From an uncultured Candidatus Micrarchaeota archaeon (lineage in GTDB: Archaea; Micrarchaeota; Micrarchaeia; Anstonellales; Bilamarchaeaceae): a DNA stretch of 64,000 bases. Numbering within the stretch: the stretch's first letter is position 1; each line of letters begins with the position of its first letter. A program made the translations under genes and the position numbers. Shown here one piece after another: positions 10,273-19,435 of this stretch. The stretch lies in contig CAWBTT010000001.1 of the NCBI GenBank assembly GCA_963791815.1, forward strand, positions 116,802-180,801. The letters are read 5' to 3'. The notes under the pieces are model-generated. The model worked only from the letters and a program-made list of their open reading frames with translations, ran no database searches and was not told the origin of the DNA.

Positions 10273-10656
10273 ATGGCAAAGAAGAACATGAAACATTATG
10301 GCGAATACGCATTTCTTGCCGGAGTGGTGCTTGCCTTGTTGCTTGGAATCCTTTCATCAACCATGCCTGCCAGCACGACACCCATTATAATCATGGTTCT
10401 TGCAGTGCTCGGCATAATTGTTGGCCTTGTGAACATCACTGCGAAGGAGACACAGACATTCCTTATTGCGACAATCGCGCTCCTTATGGCTGCAACGGCC
10501 TGGACTCCGCTGATAACTGTTCTTGCATTATTCGGGGACATGGGAACGACGGTGGCTATGTGGATTGGGGGATTTGTAACACACCTGGTTGCATTCATCT
10601 CGCCTGCTGCTTTCATAGTAGCCCTTAAGACGATTTATCTCCTGGCCAAGGACTAA
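10273..10656 (+). CDS. Conserved 4-TM membrane protein
   Basis: GGTGA RBS; GIIVGLVNITAKETQTFL.. Confidence 0.75.
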   Translation: MAKKNMKHYGEYAFLAGVVLALLLGILSSTMPASTTPIIIMVLAVLGIIVGLVNITAKETQTFLIATIALLMAATAWTPLITVLALFGDMGTTVAMWIGGFVTHLVAFISPAAFIVALKTIYLLAKD

Positions 10657-10742
10657 GTCCTCTCCTTATCTTTTTTAAATATTCCTAATCTTCAATTAGT
10701 AAGCTATTTTCTAGCAGTTCCCAGAAATGGGAGCGAGCCAAG

Positions 10743-11093
10743 GTGGCGAAACACATGAAAGACAATCAAACTCTGGTTTCTTTAGTAGAGAACCTAATGA
10801 AGGATAAGAAGCCTCTATGGAAAAGAGTGGCCAAAGAGCTCTCAAAACCAAGGAGGAAAAGGGTTGAGGTTAATCTCAGCAGGATTGAAGAGCACGCAGC
10901 GGCTGATTCGACACTCCTGATTCCAGGAAAAGTCCTTGGAGCAGGGAACCTGTCTAAGAAGGTAACGGTCGCAGCATTCTCATTCAGTGGCAGCGCAAAA
11001 AAGCTGATAGGAGCGGCCGGTGGAAAGGCAGTAACAATTGACAGCCTCCACAAGTCAAACCCCGAAGGAAAGGGAGTCGTCATTTTCAAATAG
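10743..11093 (+). CDS. rpl18e: 50S ribosomal protein L18e
   Basis: KPRRKRVEVNLSRI, IPGKVLGAG; operon context. Confidence 0.95.
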   Translation: MAKHMKDNQTLVSLVENLMKDKKPLWKRVAKELSKPRRKRVEVNLSRIEEHAAADSTLLIPGKVLGAGNLSKKVTVAAFSFSGSAKKLIGAAGGKAVTIDSLHKSNPEGKGVVIFK

Positions 11094-11104
11094 AGTTGAT
11101 TTTC

Positions 11105-11521
11105 ATGCAGGTAATAGACGCAACAGACATGATTTTCGGAAGGACCGCAAGCCAGGTAGCCAAAAGGCTTATCAACGGCGAGGAAATCCACATCATTAAC
11201 GCTGAGAAGTTCGTCATTGTTGGCAACCCAGTCGAGATTGCCGGTAGATACAAACAGAAGAGAACCTTGAAGAACAAGGCTGACCCTGAGAAATCACCAA
11301 AATGGCCAAAGGTTCCGCACATGCTCGTGAAAAGGATGGTTCGTGGAATGCTGCCAAGGGAAAACTCAAGGGGAAAGGCAGCTCTCGGAAGATTGATGGT
11401 CTACACTGGAAACCCAAAGAACATGGAGCAGAATCTCAAGATTGAGAAGGCTTCATTTGACGGGTTGTCAAAGCACATCACAGTTTACGAGCTGTGCAAG
11501 AAGATAGGTTACATAGGTTGA
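11105..11521 (+). CDS. rpl13: 50S ribosomal protein L13
   Basis: VIDATDMIFGRTAS, VRGMLP. Confidence 0.95.
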   Translation: MQVIDATDMIFGRTASQVAKRLINGEEIHIINAEKFVIVGNPVEIAGRYKQKRTLKNKADPEKSPKWPKVPHMLVKRMVRGMLPRENSRGKAALGRLMVYTGNPKNMEQNLKIEKASFDGLSKHITVYELCKKIGYIG

Positions 11522-11526
11522 TAATC

Positions 11527-12144
11527 ATGGCAAAGAAAGAAGAAAAGAAAGAGACCAAGAAGAAGGTCACAAAGAAGAAGGCTGAGCCAACGAAGGAAGC
11601 TCCTAAGAAAGAGGAGAAAAAGGTTGAAGCTAAGGTTGAGAAGCCGACGGTTGAGGCCAAGATTGAAACGCCAAAGGTTGAGAAGCCCGAGCCAAAGAAG
11701 GAAGCCCCTAAGAAAAAAACAAAGAAGAAAAAGGCAAAGAAGGTCACAAGAGCTATTGTGGCTAGGGGAAAGAGAAAAGAATGCGTGGCAAGGGCAACCA
11801 TCAAAGAAGGCAAAGGCCTGGTCAGGTTCAACAGGATGCAGATATCTGCTCTCAACAATACCTATATTCAGCAGATTATCACAGAGCCGCTTGGATACGT
11901 GGGCGCTGATGCTAATGGCATCGACGTCTCTGTCAATGTCAATGGTGGAGGAACCATGGGACAGGCACAGGCTGCCCGTGTCGCAATCGCGAACGCACTC
12001 ATACTCTACTTCCAGGACAAGAAGTTGAGGGACAAGTTCATATCCATCGACAGATCATTAGTTATCGAGGATACTAGAAGGGTTGAAACCAAGAAGTTCC
12101 GTGGACCCAAAGCAAGGGCCAGGTACCAGAAATCATACAGGTGA
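11527..12144 (+). CDS. rps9: 30S ribosomal protein S9 with K/E/P-rich N-terminal extension
   Basis: GGGTMGQAQAAR..ETKKFRGPKARARYQKSYR. Confidence 0.95.
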   Translation: MAKKEEKKETKKKVTKKKAEPTKEAPKKEEKKVEAKVEKPTVEAKIETPKVEKPEPKKEAPKKKTKKKKAKKVTRAIVARGKRKECVARATIKEGKGLVRFNRMQISALNNTYIQQIITEPLGYVGADANGIDVSVNVNGGGTMGQAQAARVAIANALILYFQDKKLRDKFISIDRSLVIEDTRRVETKKFRGPKARARYQKSYR

Positions 12145-12145
12145 T

Positions 12146-12343
12146 ATGTTGGAATTCCCCGTTAGGTGCTTTACCTGCGGCTCTGTCGTAGGCCATCTTT
12201 ATGATGACTACAGAGAGAACATCAAGGAGAAGACCCCTGATGTTGTTCTCGATGAGCTCGGAGTGGAAAGGTACTGTTGCAGAAGAATGTTTATGAGCCA
12301 CGTCGACCTAGTGCCGAATGTGCTCAGATACCCAAGAGTGTGA
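12146..12343 (+). CDS. rpoN: RNA polymerase subunit N (Rpo10)
   Basis: PVRCFTCG..RYCCRRM. Confidence 0.96.
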   Translation: MLEFPVRCFTCGSVVGHLYDDYRENIKEKTPDVVLDELGVERYCCRRMFMSHVDLVPNVLRYPRV

Positions 12344-12487
12344 GAAATCACACTATTTTTTCCACATTTTACCTACAACTAAAACAATCAATTTATATTA
12401 TTTGCCTTTCCTAAATAGTATTGGATGATGGGTTGTTTGGTGGATTACTTTGCAAAGCTCAATTTATGATATATGGGGGGTGGAATA

Positions 12488-14041
12488 ATGGCAGGTGAAA
12501 ACGCAGGCAGGAAAAAGGAAAGGCCTGCTACAAGGCCAAAGGTTAGCAGTAGCCCCAGACTTAGAGCAGTGTCCCCTTCACTTGAAAAATTCCGCCAGGT
12601 ACCAGATGACGTTCCTAAATCAAGCACAAGAAGAAGGGCTGATTTTGATAAGGTGCTCACAGAAGTAATATCATTGGCAGATGCGGTTGAAAGGCGAGAG
12701 CAGATGGAGTCCCGGGCAATAGAAAAAGCCATCGAGGCCATGCCAGGCGACTACACAACAAACGTCAACAGAATTCTTTTCGGCATATGGGCAAGGGATT
12801 ATGACTCCCACATGGCCGGCCACGTCACTTCAATAGAACATCTTATTCGAAAGACAGTTGCACTTCAGACGAGAGGACAGAAAATATTCGGCAAGAGAAT
12901 CCTTGATGTGTCCTCAGGAACCGGTTCTGTGATTGACTTGATTTGCAGGTCAGTTCCTCCGGATATTGCGAGGCAGATGGAATTCATTGCAAATGATATC
13001 AGTCCTGAGATGCATGCAAAGGCAGAAAGGAAAATAGCCGCACTTCCAGAGGAAATGAGACCGATGTTAGTGCCAAGGCACGAAGACATGCGGTCACTTA
13101 CCCTGCCGTGCAGAAGTGTTGATACTTCACTTATTTCACAGACATTCCACTTGATTACAGACCCTGCCATGGGACCGTTGAACGGCGCTGGAAACCACAA
13201 CCAGGTCAAGGCCGAGGTCATTGAGAGCATGTTTGACCGGACTGCTGAGGGAGGGCATTTCATACTTATTGATGAGTGGAAGCCAATCCTGACAAGAAGG
13301 GCAGGAATGGAAATCATAGACGCCTTATTCCACGCCACATTCAAACCAATCTGGGAAAAATACGCATTCATAGAGATGATGAAACGGGTGCGCATGAAGG
13401 ACAGTAACGACACGCGCGTAGTCGGGGCAAGAATGGTAGCTGAGCTCAAGGCTTGGATTGACCCTGACCACCGGATGTACATTTTCGTTTACCAGAAAGA
13501 TCCTGACAAGATGCATCACCGAGGGATATACCTGCCAGACTTCAAGAAACATGAGAGTATGCGGGAGATTGCAGTAGGCGAACTTCTTGAAAGGTTCAAA
13601 CTTACTGACCAGGAGTTCGTGACCAGCTTCGCGCCTGATGAGAGCCCGGAAAAGAAAGACCTTATCAGGTTCGGTGCGTTCAAGGACATGAAACACCTCG
13701 TTGTTGATAGCCCAAGGGCCGACTTCGAGCCTGGCCAGGAGGCAATCATATTCACAAGAGTTCTTCATGACATGCCAGACTCAATGAGAGACATGGCAAT
13801 TGAGAATGCCACAAAGGCGCTTGTCAAGGGAGGAGTGCTTCTTTTCATTGACGAGTTCCACCACCCGACAAGAAACGGGCGAACCAGCAAGGATTATCCA
13901 TACAGAAAAAGCACTCTGAGGGGAGACCTTGGAATCAATTATGAGAGAACCCTTCTTTTCGAAGGTGCTCTGAGAGTACACCTTGAAGAGGGGTACGACA
14001 GCGGCATGTATGGGTTCATGTACAGAAAAATAGAGGATTAA
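12488..14041 (+). CDS. SAM-dependent methyltransferase with a second, degenerate MTase domain
   Basis: YDSHM, ILDVSSGTG, ANDISPEM, ISQTFHLI; C-terminal IIFTRVLHDM..LVKGGVLLFIDEF. Confidence 0.82.
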   Translation: MAGENAGRKKERPATRPKVSSSPRLRAVSPSLEKFRQVPDDVPKSSTRRRADFDKVLTEVISLADAVERREQMESRAIEKAIEAMPGDYTTNVNRILFGIWARDYDSHMAGHVTSIEHLIRKTVALQTRGQKIFGKRILDVSSGTGSVIDLICRSVPPDIARQMEFIANDISPEMHAKAERKIAALPEEMRPMLVPRHEDMRSLTLPCRSVDTSLISQTFHLITDPAMGPLNGAGNHNQVKAEVIESMFDRTAEGGHFILIDEWKPILTRRAGMEIIDALFHATFKPIWEKYAFIEMMKRVRMKDSNDTRVVGARMVAELKAWIDPDHRMYIFVYQKDPDKMHHRGIYLPDFKKHESMREIAVGELLERFKLTDQEFVTSFAPDESPEKKDLIRFGAFKDMKHLVVDSPRADFEPGQEAIIFTRVLHDMPDSMRDMAIENATKALVKGGVLLFIDEFHHPTRNGRTSKDYPYRKSTLRGDLGINYERTLLFEGALRVHLEEGYDSGMYGFMYRKIED

Positions 14042-14520
14042 CCCTTTACAAGCATGTTGGAAAGGGGATTGAACTCATACGCTTCCTTATACGTCACAAG
14101 AATCAGGTAGCTTGTGGTCCGCAGAACTGCTTTCTGTGACTGGATTGCTTTGAGGAGCCTTACCAGGCCATCCCGGTTTTTTGCTTTGACGATTGCTATG
14201 CAGTCGCTGACTCCGGTAACGGCGTAAAGTGCCACAACTTCAGGCTGCCTGGCAACGTCGTGAAGAAGGTTCTCGTCTTCAAGACCGCTCTTCTTGATTT
14301 TAATCATGACTACTGCATGCATATCATATCCAAGTTCCTTGTAGTCAATGTCAGCATGATATTTGCGCACCACCTTGGATTTCTCCAGTCTCTTGATTCT
14401 CTGGAGGAGTGTGTTTGGGTGCATTCTGAGTTTTGTAGCGAGCTCCCTCATCGGCCTCTTGCAATCCTCCCTCAATTCCCGCAAAATCATAAGGTCAACT
14501 GCGTCTACTTTGTTTTTCAT
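14038..14520 (-). CDS. Lrp/AsnC family regulator
   Basis: VDAVDLMILREL..HPNTLLQRIKRLEKSKVV; AVTGVSD. Confidence 0.93.
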   Translation of the reverse strand: MKNKVDAVDLMILRELREDCKRPMRELATKLRMHPNTLLQRIKRLEKSKVVRKYHADIDYKELGYDMHAVVMIKIKKSGLEDENLLHDVARQPEVVALYAVTGVSDCIAIVKAKNRDGLVRLLKAIQSQKAVLRTTSYLILVTYKEAYEFNPLSNMLVKG

Positions 14521-14714
14521 TCTACCACCATTTTTGTTATCATAAACCATTATTGAGTATGGGATAACGGCAATATTGTTGATTTGTCCGTTTTTTCCAC
14601 AAATAATTATGCAAATTGTTATTTATATACTTTACCTTTTTGACCAAAATAACGGAGGACAGAATACAATAAGTTTATAAAAGTCAGATTAAAGGCATAT
14701 GCAGGTGAATTCAC

Positions 14715-15404
14715 ATGGTAGATGTACAAAACGTAACAGATGTCTTGACCACCGCCTTTTCGGGCGCTGCGGACAATCTGGTTACCAGCACCACAGAAGT
14801 CCTTCCAGGACTTATTGCGGCAATCATTGTATTCCTTATTGGATGGATTTTGGCAGTCATAGTCAGCCGGATATTCGGAGGAATCCTCAAAGCAATACAG
14901 CTTGAGAGACTCCTAAAGGAGCACAAAGTCGAGGACTCACTCGGCAGCGTGAAGATAAGCGACGTGCTTGTCAAGATTGTGAAGTATTACATTATACTCA
15001 TTTTCCTGCAGGCAGCTGCTTCGCTTATCACCCTCGGAACTGTCAGCGCATTCCTCGCAACAGTGTTGTTTTATGCGCCAGTACTTATCGCAGCAGTGCT
15101 CGTGGTTCTAGCCGCGGTCATTCTGGGAGAGTACATTAAGGAGACGATTCTTGACCTCAAGAGCAAGTCTTCGATGGTTCAGCTTTTTGCCAGAGTAACC
15201 AAATGGATAGTAGTCTACATTGGTATTACGATGGCGATGGCAACGGCAGGATTTGACACCACCCTGATTAGCAACATATTCCTGATAATTCTTCAGGCCA
15301 TGGTCTATGGTATCGCCCTTGCGGTTGGTATAGCATTCGGACTTGGCGGACAGAAGGATGCTCAGGACCTTGTTGGTAAGAGCAGGAAGATGCTCAAATT
15401 CTAA
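14715..15404 (+). CDS. CmpX-like / MscS-associated TM-helix protein
   Basis: LPGLIAAIIVFLIGWILA..; ends IAFGLGGQKDA. Confidence 0.82.
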   Translation: MVDVQNVTDVLTTAFSGAADNLVTSTTEVLPGLIAAIIVFLIGWILAVIVSRIFGGILKAIQLERLLKEHKVEDSLGSVKISDVLVKIVKYYIILIFLQAAASLITLGTVSAFLATVLFYAPVLIAAVLVVLAAVILGEYIKETILDLKSKSSMVQLFARVTKWIVVYIGITMAMATAGFDTTLISNIFLIILQAMVYGIALAVGIAFGLGGQKDAQDLVGKSRKMLKF

Positions 15405-15467
15405 ATTTTTTTCTTTTCCCTTAATTTTTTAATTAGTTGTGTGCTAAGATTAATTCTAGTGTTTAGT

Positions 15468-16481
15468 ATGATGAAGAAACGAGAGGCAGTCAAACCACTA
15501 GGAATACACACGTCCATGGGGTATTTGCACGAATTCAAGAAATGGAAGGACATCCCTTATTTGAGGGAGAATGAGGGTTTGCTTCCGCCGTTCATGATCG
15601 CGGTAGGGAGCAGGACCAGGGTCATGAGAGCAGGCAAAGAGCTTGGCTTGAAAGAACCAATTCTGATTGACGATAAGGTTCTTGAGAAGCATGGTCTTTC
15701 GATGTTTGGAAGGACTTCTTTCCTAGTCGGTGTTCTTGAGACTGATGACCTTGCATTTCCAATTACAATTGCAGAGACTCAGATGGGATGCCCGGCAACG
15801 CAGATAATCCTGAGGGAACTGATGTACCACTCCAGGGAAACAGGGTATGATTTCTTTGGAAAGAGCATAAGAGCGCCTGGAATGCAGGTTATTCGGGCAG
15901 GAACCAGCGCTGGAGTGAACAGCTTCAATCCAGAGGAGATGCAGGTTGAAATAGGGGACATACTTATTGGAACTGACAGTTATGGTTCAGTCGGAGCTCT
16001 CATACAGTCAAATCTCAGGATTCTTGGATTTGCCAATGTCGATATTGCTAAGAATTATGCAAAAGCGATAGAGCAACTGAAAGCGCTCACTACGAGTCAT
16101 GATCATGCGCACTTCAAAACATCATGCTCTTGGGCAATGGTCCAGAACCTTGAGGGGGCTGCGCAAGAGCTTGGCTTTGAAACTAAAACAGGAGCCAACT
16201 TCACAAAGGATTCCCTTTACGCTGAAATGAGCGAGGAGACTTTCGCAGAGCTTCGTGATAAGTATGGGGTTATAAGCACCGAGATGGAGCAGCTTGTGAT
16301 TGATATGGTTGCTCATGATTTCAGGCAGGCCGGAGTCCATGCGAACACTGGATTGATTCTTGCGGCTATCGGTGCTATTCCTGGAAAGTCATTCCCTGAA
16401 ACCAAGGAAGAGAAGCAGGCAGCAACAAACGCCGAAGGCAATATCCTGAAAATAGCTGCAAGGGCATTCACAGGCTCATAA
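15468..16481 (+). CDS. Nucleoside phosphorylase (uridine phosphorylase-like)
   Basis: ETQMGCPAT, IRAGTSAG, DSLY, STEME motifs of the PNP/UDP fold. Confidence 0.8.
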   Translation: MMKKREAVKPLGIHTSMGYLHEFKKWKDIPYLRENEGLLPPFMIAVGSRTRVMRAGKELGLKEPILIDDKVLEKHGLSMFGRTSFLVGVLETDDLAFPITIAETQMGCPATQIILRELMYHSRETGYDFFGKSIRAPGMQVIRAGTSAGVNSFNPEEMQVEIGDILIGTDSYGSVGALIQSNLRILGFANVDIAKNYAKAIEQLKALTTSHDHAHFKTSCSWAMVQNLEGAAQELGFETKTGANFTKDSLYAEMSEETFAELRDKYGVISTEMEQLVIDMVAHDFRQAGVHANTGLILAAIGAIPGKSFPETKEEKQAATNAEGNILKIAARAFTGS

Positions 16482-17396
16482 AGTAGTTTCCAGCTTTTTC
16501 AGCTGGGACTCTGTTTCTTCTTTCATCTTTTCAATTACCGCTTTTCCTTTTTCATCAAGTTTCCCTCCCCCAAGAATCTCATTGCAAAATGAGAGGAACT
16601 CATCATAATGTGCCTGCGGATTCTTGCATCTTGTCCCCCAATCAAAGACAGCGCACTTCATCCCACTTCCAAGTTTCTCGCCATAGGTTTGGAGAGTGTA
16701 CTCTTTGGTTGAATCCGGCGCAATGGCATCGGGCATTATGAACCGCAAATCAGTTCCGTCTGGCATCAGGTGGAAAAGCTGCTCTGCAACTATCAGCGTG
16801 AGTTCAAGTTCAGGGTATTTTTCTTTCAGTTCCTTTTCAATAATCTTTATTCTTCTTGCTCCTTCGCTTGAGCATGCCAATGAGCAGATAATCAGCCTAT
16901 TCAGCTTTCCGCCATTGGCGTCCAGCGCATCTGTCAGCCGTTTCAAAGAGCTTTGCATAGTCGCTGCGGTTGCAATCGTATCTCCTATGATTATGTTCGC
17001 GTTCTTTGGGAGGGACTCGAAGTTTTCATAGCTTGAGACTGCTATGAACTCGCTCTCAGAAATTCTTTGCCTTTTAATCCCAAGGAAACACTGGGGCAGG
17101 GCAAAACCGTGCGCTTTGCGAAAGCCATAGCCCATGAAATAGTATAATCCGCCTGCCAAGAGAACATATTCTGCTATGTCGCCAAGCTTTGTCCCTTTGA
17201 GGGCTTTTTCTGTCGCTGCCTCAATAAATAATGGACTGAGTTTCTCCATCGCATCCTGGAGTTCTCTTCCTGCAATCTGGGGATTGTAAAGGATTCTTCG
17301 TGATGCTTCTGAACTCAGTATAAATGTCCTCTCTGGGACTGATTCTTTTTCCACCTTGTACAGGGTGAATCTGTCGTTTGAATAATCAGCGTTCAT
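16476..17396 (-). CDS. Type I phosphoribosyltransferase (UPRTase-like)
   Basis: IIIGDTIATAAT PRPP-binding loop; AVFDWGTR resembles the UPRT 'GD.GdR' motif. Confidence 0.7.
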   Translation of the reverse strand: MNADYSNDRFTLYKVEKESVPERTFILSSEASRRILYNPQIAGRELQDAMEKLSPLFIEAATEKALKGTKLGDIAEYVLLAGGLYYFMGYGFRKAHGFALPQCFLGIKRQRISESEFIAVSSYENFESLPKNANIIIGDTIATAATMQSSLKRLTDALDANGGKLNRLIICSLACSSEGARRIKIIEKELKEKYPELELTLIVAEQLFHLMPDGTDLRFIMPDAIAPDSTKEYTLQTYGEKLGSGMKCAVFDWGTRCKNPQAHYDEFLSFCNEILGGGKLDEKGKAVIEKMKEETESQLKKLETTL

Positions 17397-17427
17397 GAAA
17401 ATGGTTTTGAAACACATCTTTTTTTAA

Positions 17428-18165
17428 TCAGTCACGGCTGCCCGCAAGATCATTCCTGACCAGGATTATGTTTTCCCCCCGCCTAAACTCATCCCAGGAA
17501 TAATTCCGAGCAGCTTGACGGAACGCTTTGGAGCACCCATCTTTCTTCCGGTCATGGAGTTCAATAATCAGAACATCGACTTTGCCCAGCCAGGATTCGT
17601 AATTTTTTGAAAAAAGCTCTTTCTCTGCGCCCTCGATGTCCAGTTTCAGGATATCAATCCTGCCATGGCCAGACTCTTCCAGTATTCCATCGATTGTAAT
17701 GGCCTTGACATCATAATCTTTTGAAGAAACTTCCTCAGTCATGATTCCAAACTTCGGAAAGTTGCCTGCTCTGATTTTCAAAAAAGCATCCTTGTGCCAT
17801 AAACCTGCCCGGATTCTTCTTATGCGCTCATGGTTCGCGGTGTTTTTTTCCAATATCTCGAAGTTTGATTCATCCGGCTCAATCGCTATTATGTCAGCGT
17901 TTGGATATCTGCTGGCAAACCAGAGGCTGGAATAGCCTGCATATGCGCCTGCGTCAATGATTAATTTTGGATTTGTCTTGAATGGAAAGTCATACTCTTT
18001 TTTAACAAATATCTGCCTGAAAACGTACAAGTCAGACGTATTTTTTCGGATGATTAGTGGTTTGAATTTATTTGAATAATAAGCAAGAAAAGGCTGGGAA
18101 TGCAGGGATATTGCCATTTTGAATAAATTTCTCTTAATTTTGAAAAATAAGCCAGCGTCCCCCAT
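17428..18165 (-). CDS. FkbM family methyltransferase
   Basis: IIDAGAYAG, AIEPD, ILKLDIEGAE. Confidence 0.9.
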   Translation of the reverse strand: MGDAGLFFKIKRNLFKMAISLHSQPFLAYYSNKFKPLIIRKNTSDLYVFRQIFVKKEYDFPFKTNPKLIIDAGAYAGYSSLWFASRYPNADIIAIEPDESNFEILEKNTANHERIRRIRAGLWHKDAFLKIRAGNFPKFGIMTEEVSSKDYDVKAITIDGILEESGHGRIDILKLDIEGAEKELFSKNYESWLGKVDVLIIELHDRKKDGCSKAFRQAARNYSWDEFRRGENIILVRNDLAGSRD

Positions 18166-18327
18166 ACGTAGTTCCTAAAGGATTGTTATTATTTAATCGA
18201 TTATCGGGGGTATGAATCACTTTAAAAATTATCTGTATTGATAGATAAATGAAAAATACCGGCCACAGTAAACTTTAGTTTGTCTGAACGCATGAACCCC
18301 GTGCGCGGATGGTTTTGTATTTTTGAA

Positions 18328-18484
18328 GGGGCCGTGAGGTAACCTGGTATCCTGCGTCCTTGGGGTGGACGTTATCTGAGTAAGCTTTTTAGCAAAAATT
18401 TTCATGCTAACAAGTTTCAGAAATTCAAACCTTTCCAGCAACAAACACCTGCGGCTGGGAGGAGAGCTTATCTCGGCGGCCCCA
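18328..18484 (+). tRNA. tRNA-Pro(GGG) with two introns in the T-loop (18381-18423 at 53/54; 18429-18469 at 58/59)
   Basis: Acceptor GGGGCCG/CGGCCCC-A; anticodon arm CGTCC-TTGGGGT-GGACG; T-stem CTGAG/CTCGG; TTCAA mini-exon; BHB-like junctions. Confidence 0.88.
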
Positions 18485-18520
18485 TTTTGTCTAAAAAGAC
18501 AAATCAGGAGGAATGAAAAA

Positions 18521-19426
18521 ATGACTGAAGAAACAACAGAAAAAGATGGAATGCCTGTTAAGCAGGAAATGTTTTTGGAAGCCGGAGTGCACATTGGTAC
18601 GAAGATAAGGACCAATGACATGAGGAAGTTCATCTTCAAGAGAAGGGATGATGGACTCTATATCTTAGATTTGCGCCAGAGCGCTGAGAGGATTATGGAA
18701 GCGGCTAAGCTTATTTCCGGGTACAAGCCAGAGGATGTGACAGTAGTAGCATCCCGTATCTATTCGAGCAACCCGGCAACAAGATTCTCTAACCTGACTG
18801 GAGTGAATGTCATCAAGGGAAGGTATGTCCCTGGTACAATGACAAACATCCAGTACAAGAAATTCATTGAGCCGAAACTCATGATTGTCTGTGACCCGAA
18901 GGGCGAGAGGCAGGCTCTTGCTGAGAGCAGGAAAACCGGCGTGAAAATCATCGGGTTCTGCGACTCTGACAACGAGACGAACAATATTGACCTGGTCATT
19001 CCTGTGAACAATAAGGGAAAGCGCTCGCTTGCTCTGGTGTTCTACATAATGACACGAGAACTCATGATGGCCCAGGGAACCATCAAATCATATGATGAGT
19101 TCAAATATGACGTTTCATACTTTGAGCAGATGGTAATGCCTGAAAAGAAGCCTGAGCCAGAGGAAGCGGCAGTGCAGGAAGCGCCTTCTGAAGAGGTCAA
19201 GAAAGAACCTAAAGAAGCCCCGAAGAAAGAAGAAAAGGAGGCTCCTAAGAAGGAATCCAAGGCTGAGGAGAAACCTGCCAAGAAAGCTGAGGAACCACCT
19301 AAGAAGGCCGAGGCTAAGGAAGAGCCGGCAAAAGAAAAGAAGGCTGAGCCAAAGGCAGAGAAAAAAGAAGCCAAGGAAGAAAAACCTAAGAAGGCTGAAC
19401 CTGAAAAGAAAGAAGAGAAGAAATAA
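18521..19426 (+). CDS. rps2: 30S ribosomal protein S2 with K/E/P/A-rich C-terminal tail
   Basis: LEAGVHIGTK, GRYVPGTMTN, PVNNKGKRSLAL. Confidence 0.96.
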   Translation: MTEETTEKDGMPVKQEMFLEAGVHIGTKIRTNDMRKFIFKRRDDGLYILDLRQSAERIMEAAKLISGYKPEDVTVVASRIYSSNPATRFSNLTGVNVIKGRYVPGTMTNIQYKKFIEPKLMIVCDPKGERQALAESRKTGVKIIGFCDSDNETNNIDLVIPVNNKGKRSLALVFYIMTRELMMAQGTIKSYDEFKYDVSYFEQMVMPEKKPEPEEAAVQEAPSEEVKKEPKEAPKKEEKEAPKKESKAEEKPAKKAEEPPKKAEAKEEPAKEKKAEPKAEKKEAKEEKPKKAEPEKKEEKK

Positions 19427-19435
19427 TTTCTTCTT

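Noticed and set aside
18404-18520. N-terminal extension of S2 in the ORF track
   Set aside because: Overlaps tRNA-Pro; the true start is ATG 18521 after AGGAGG
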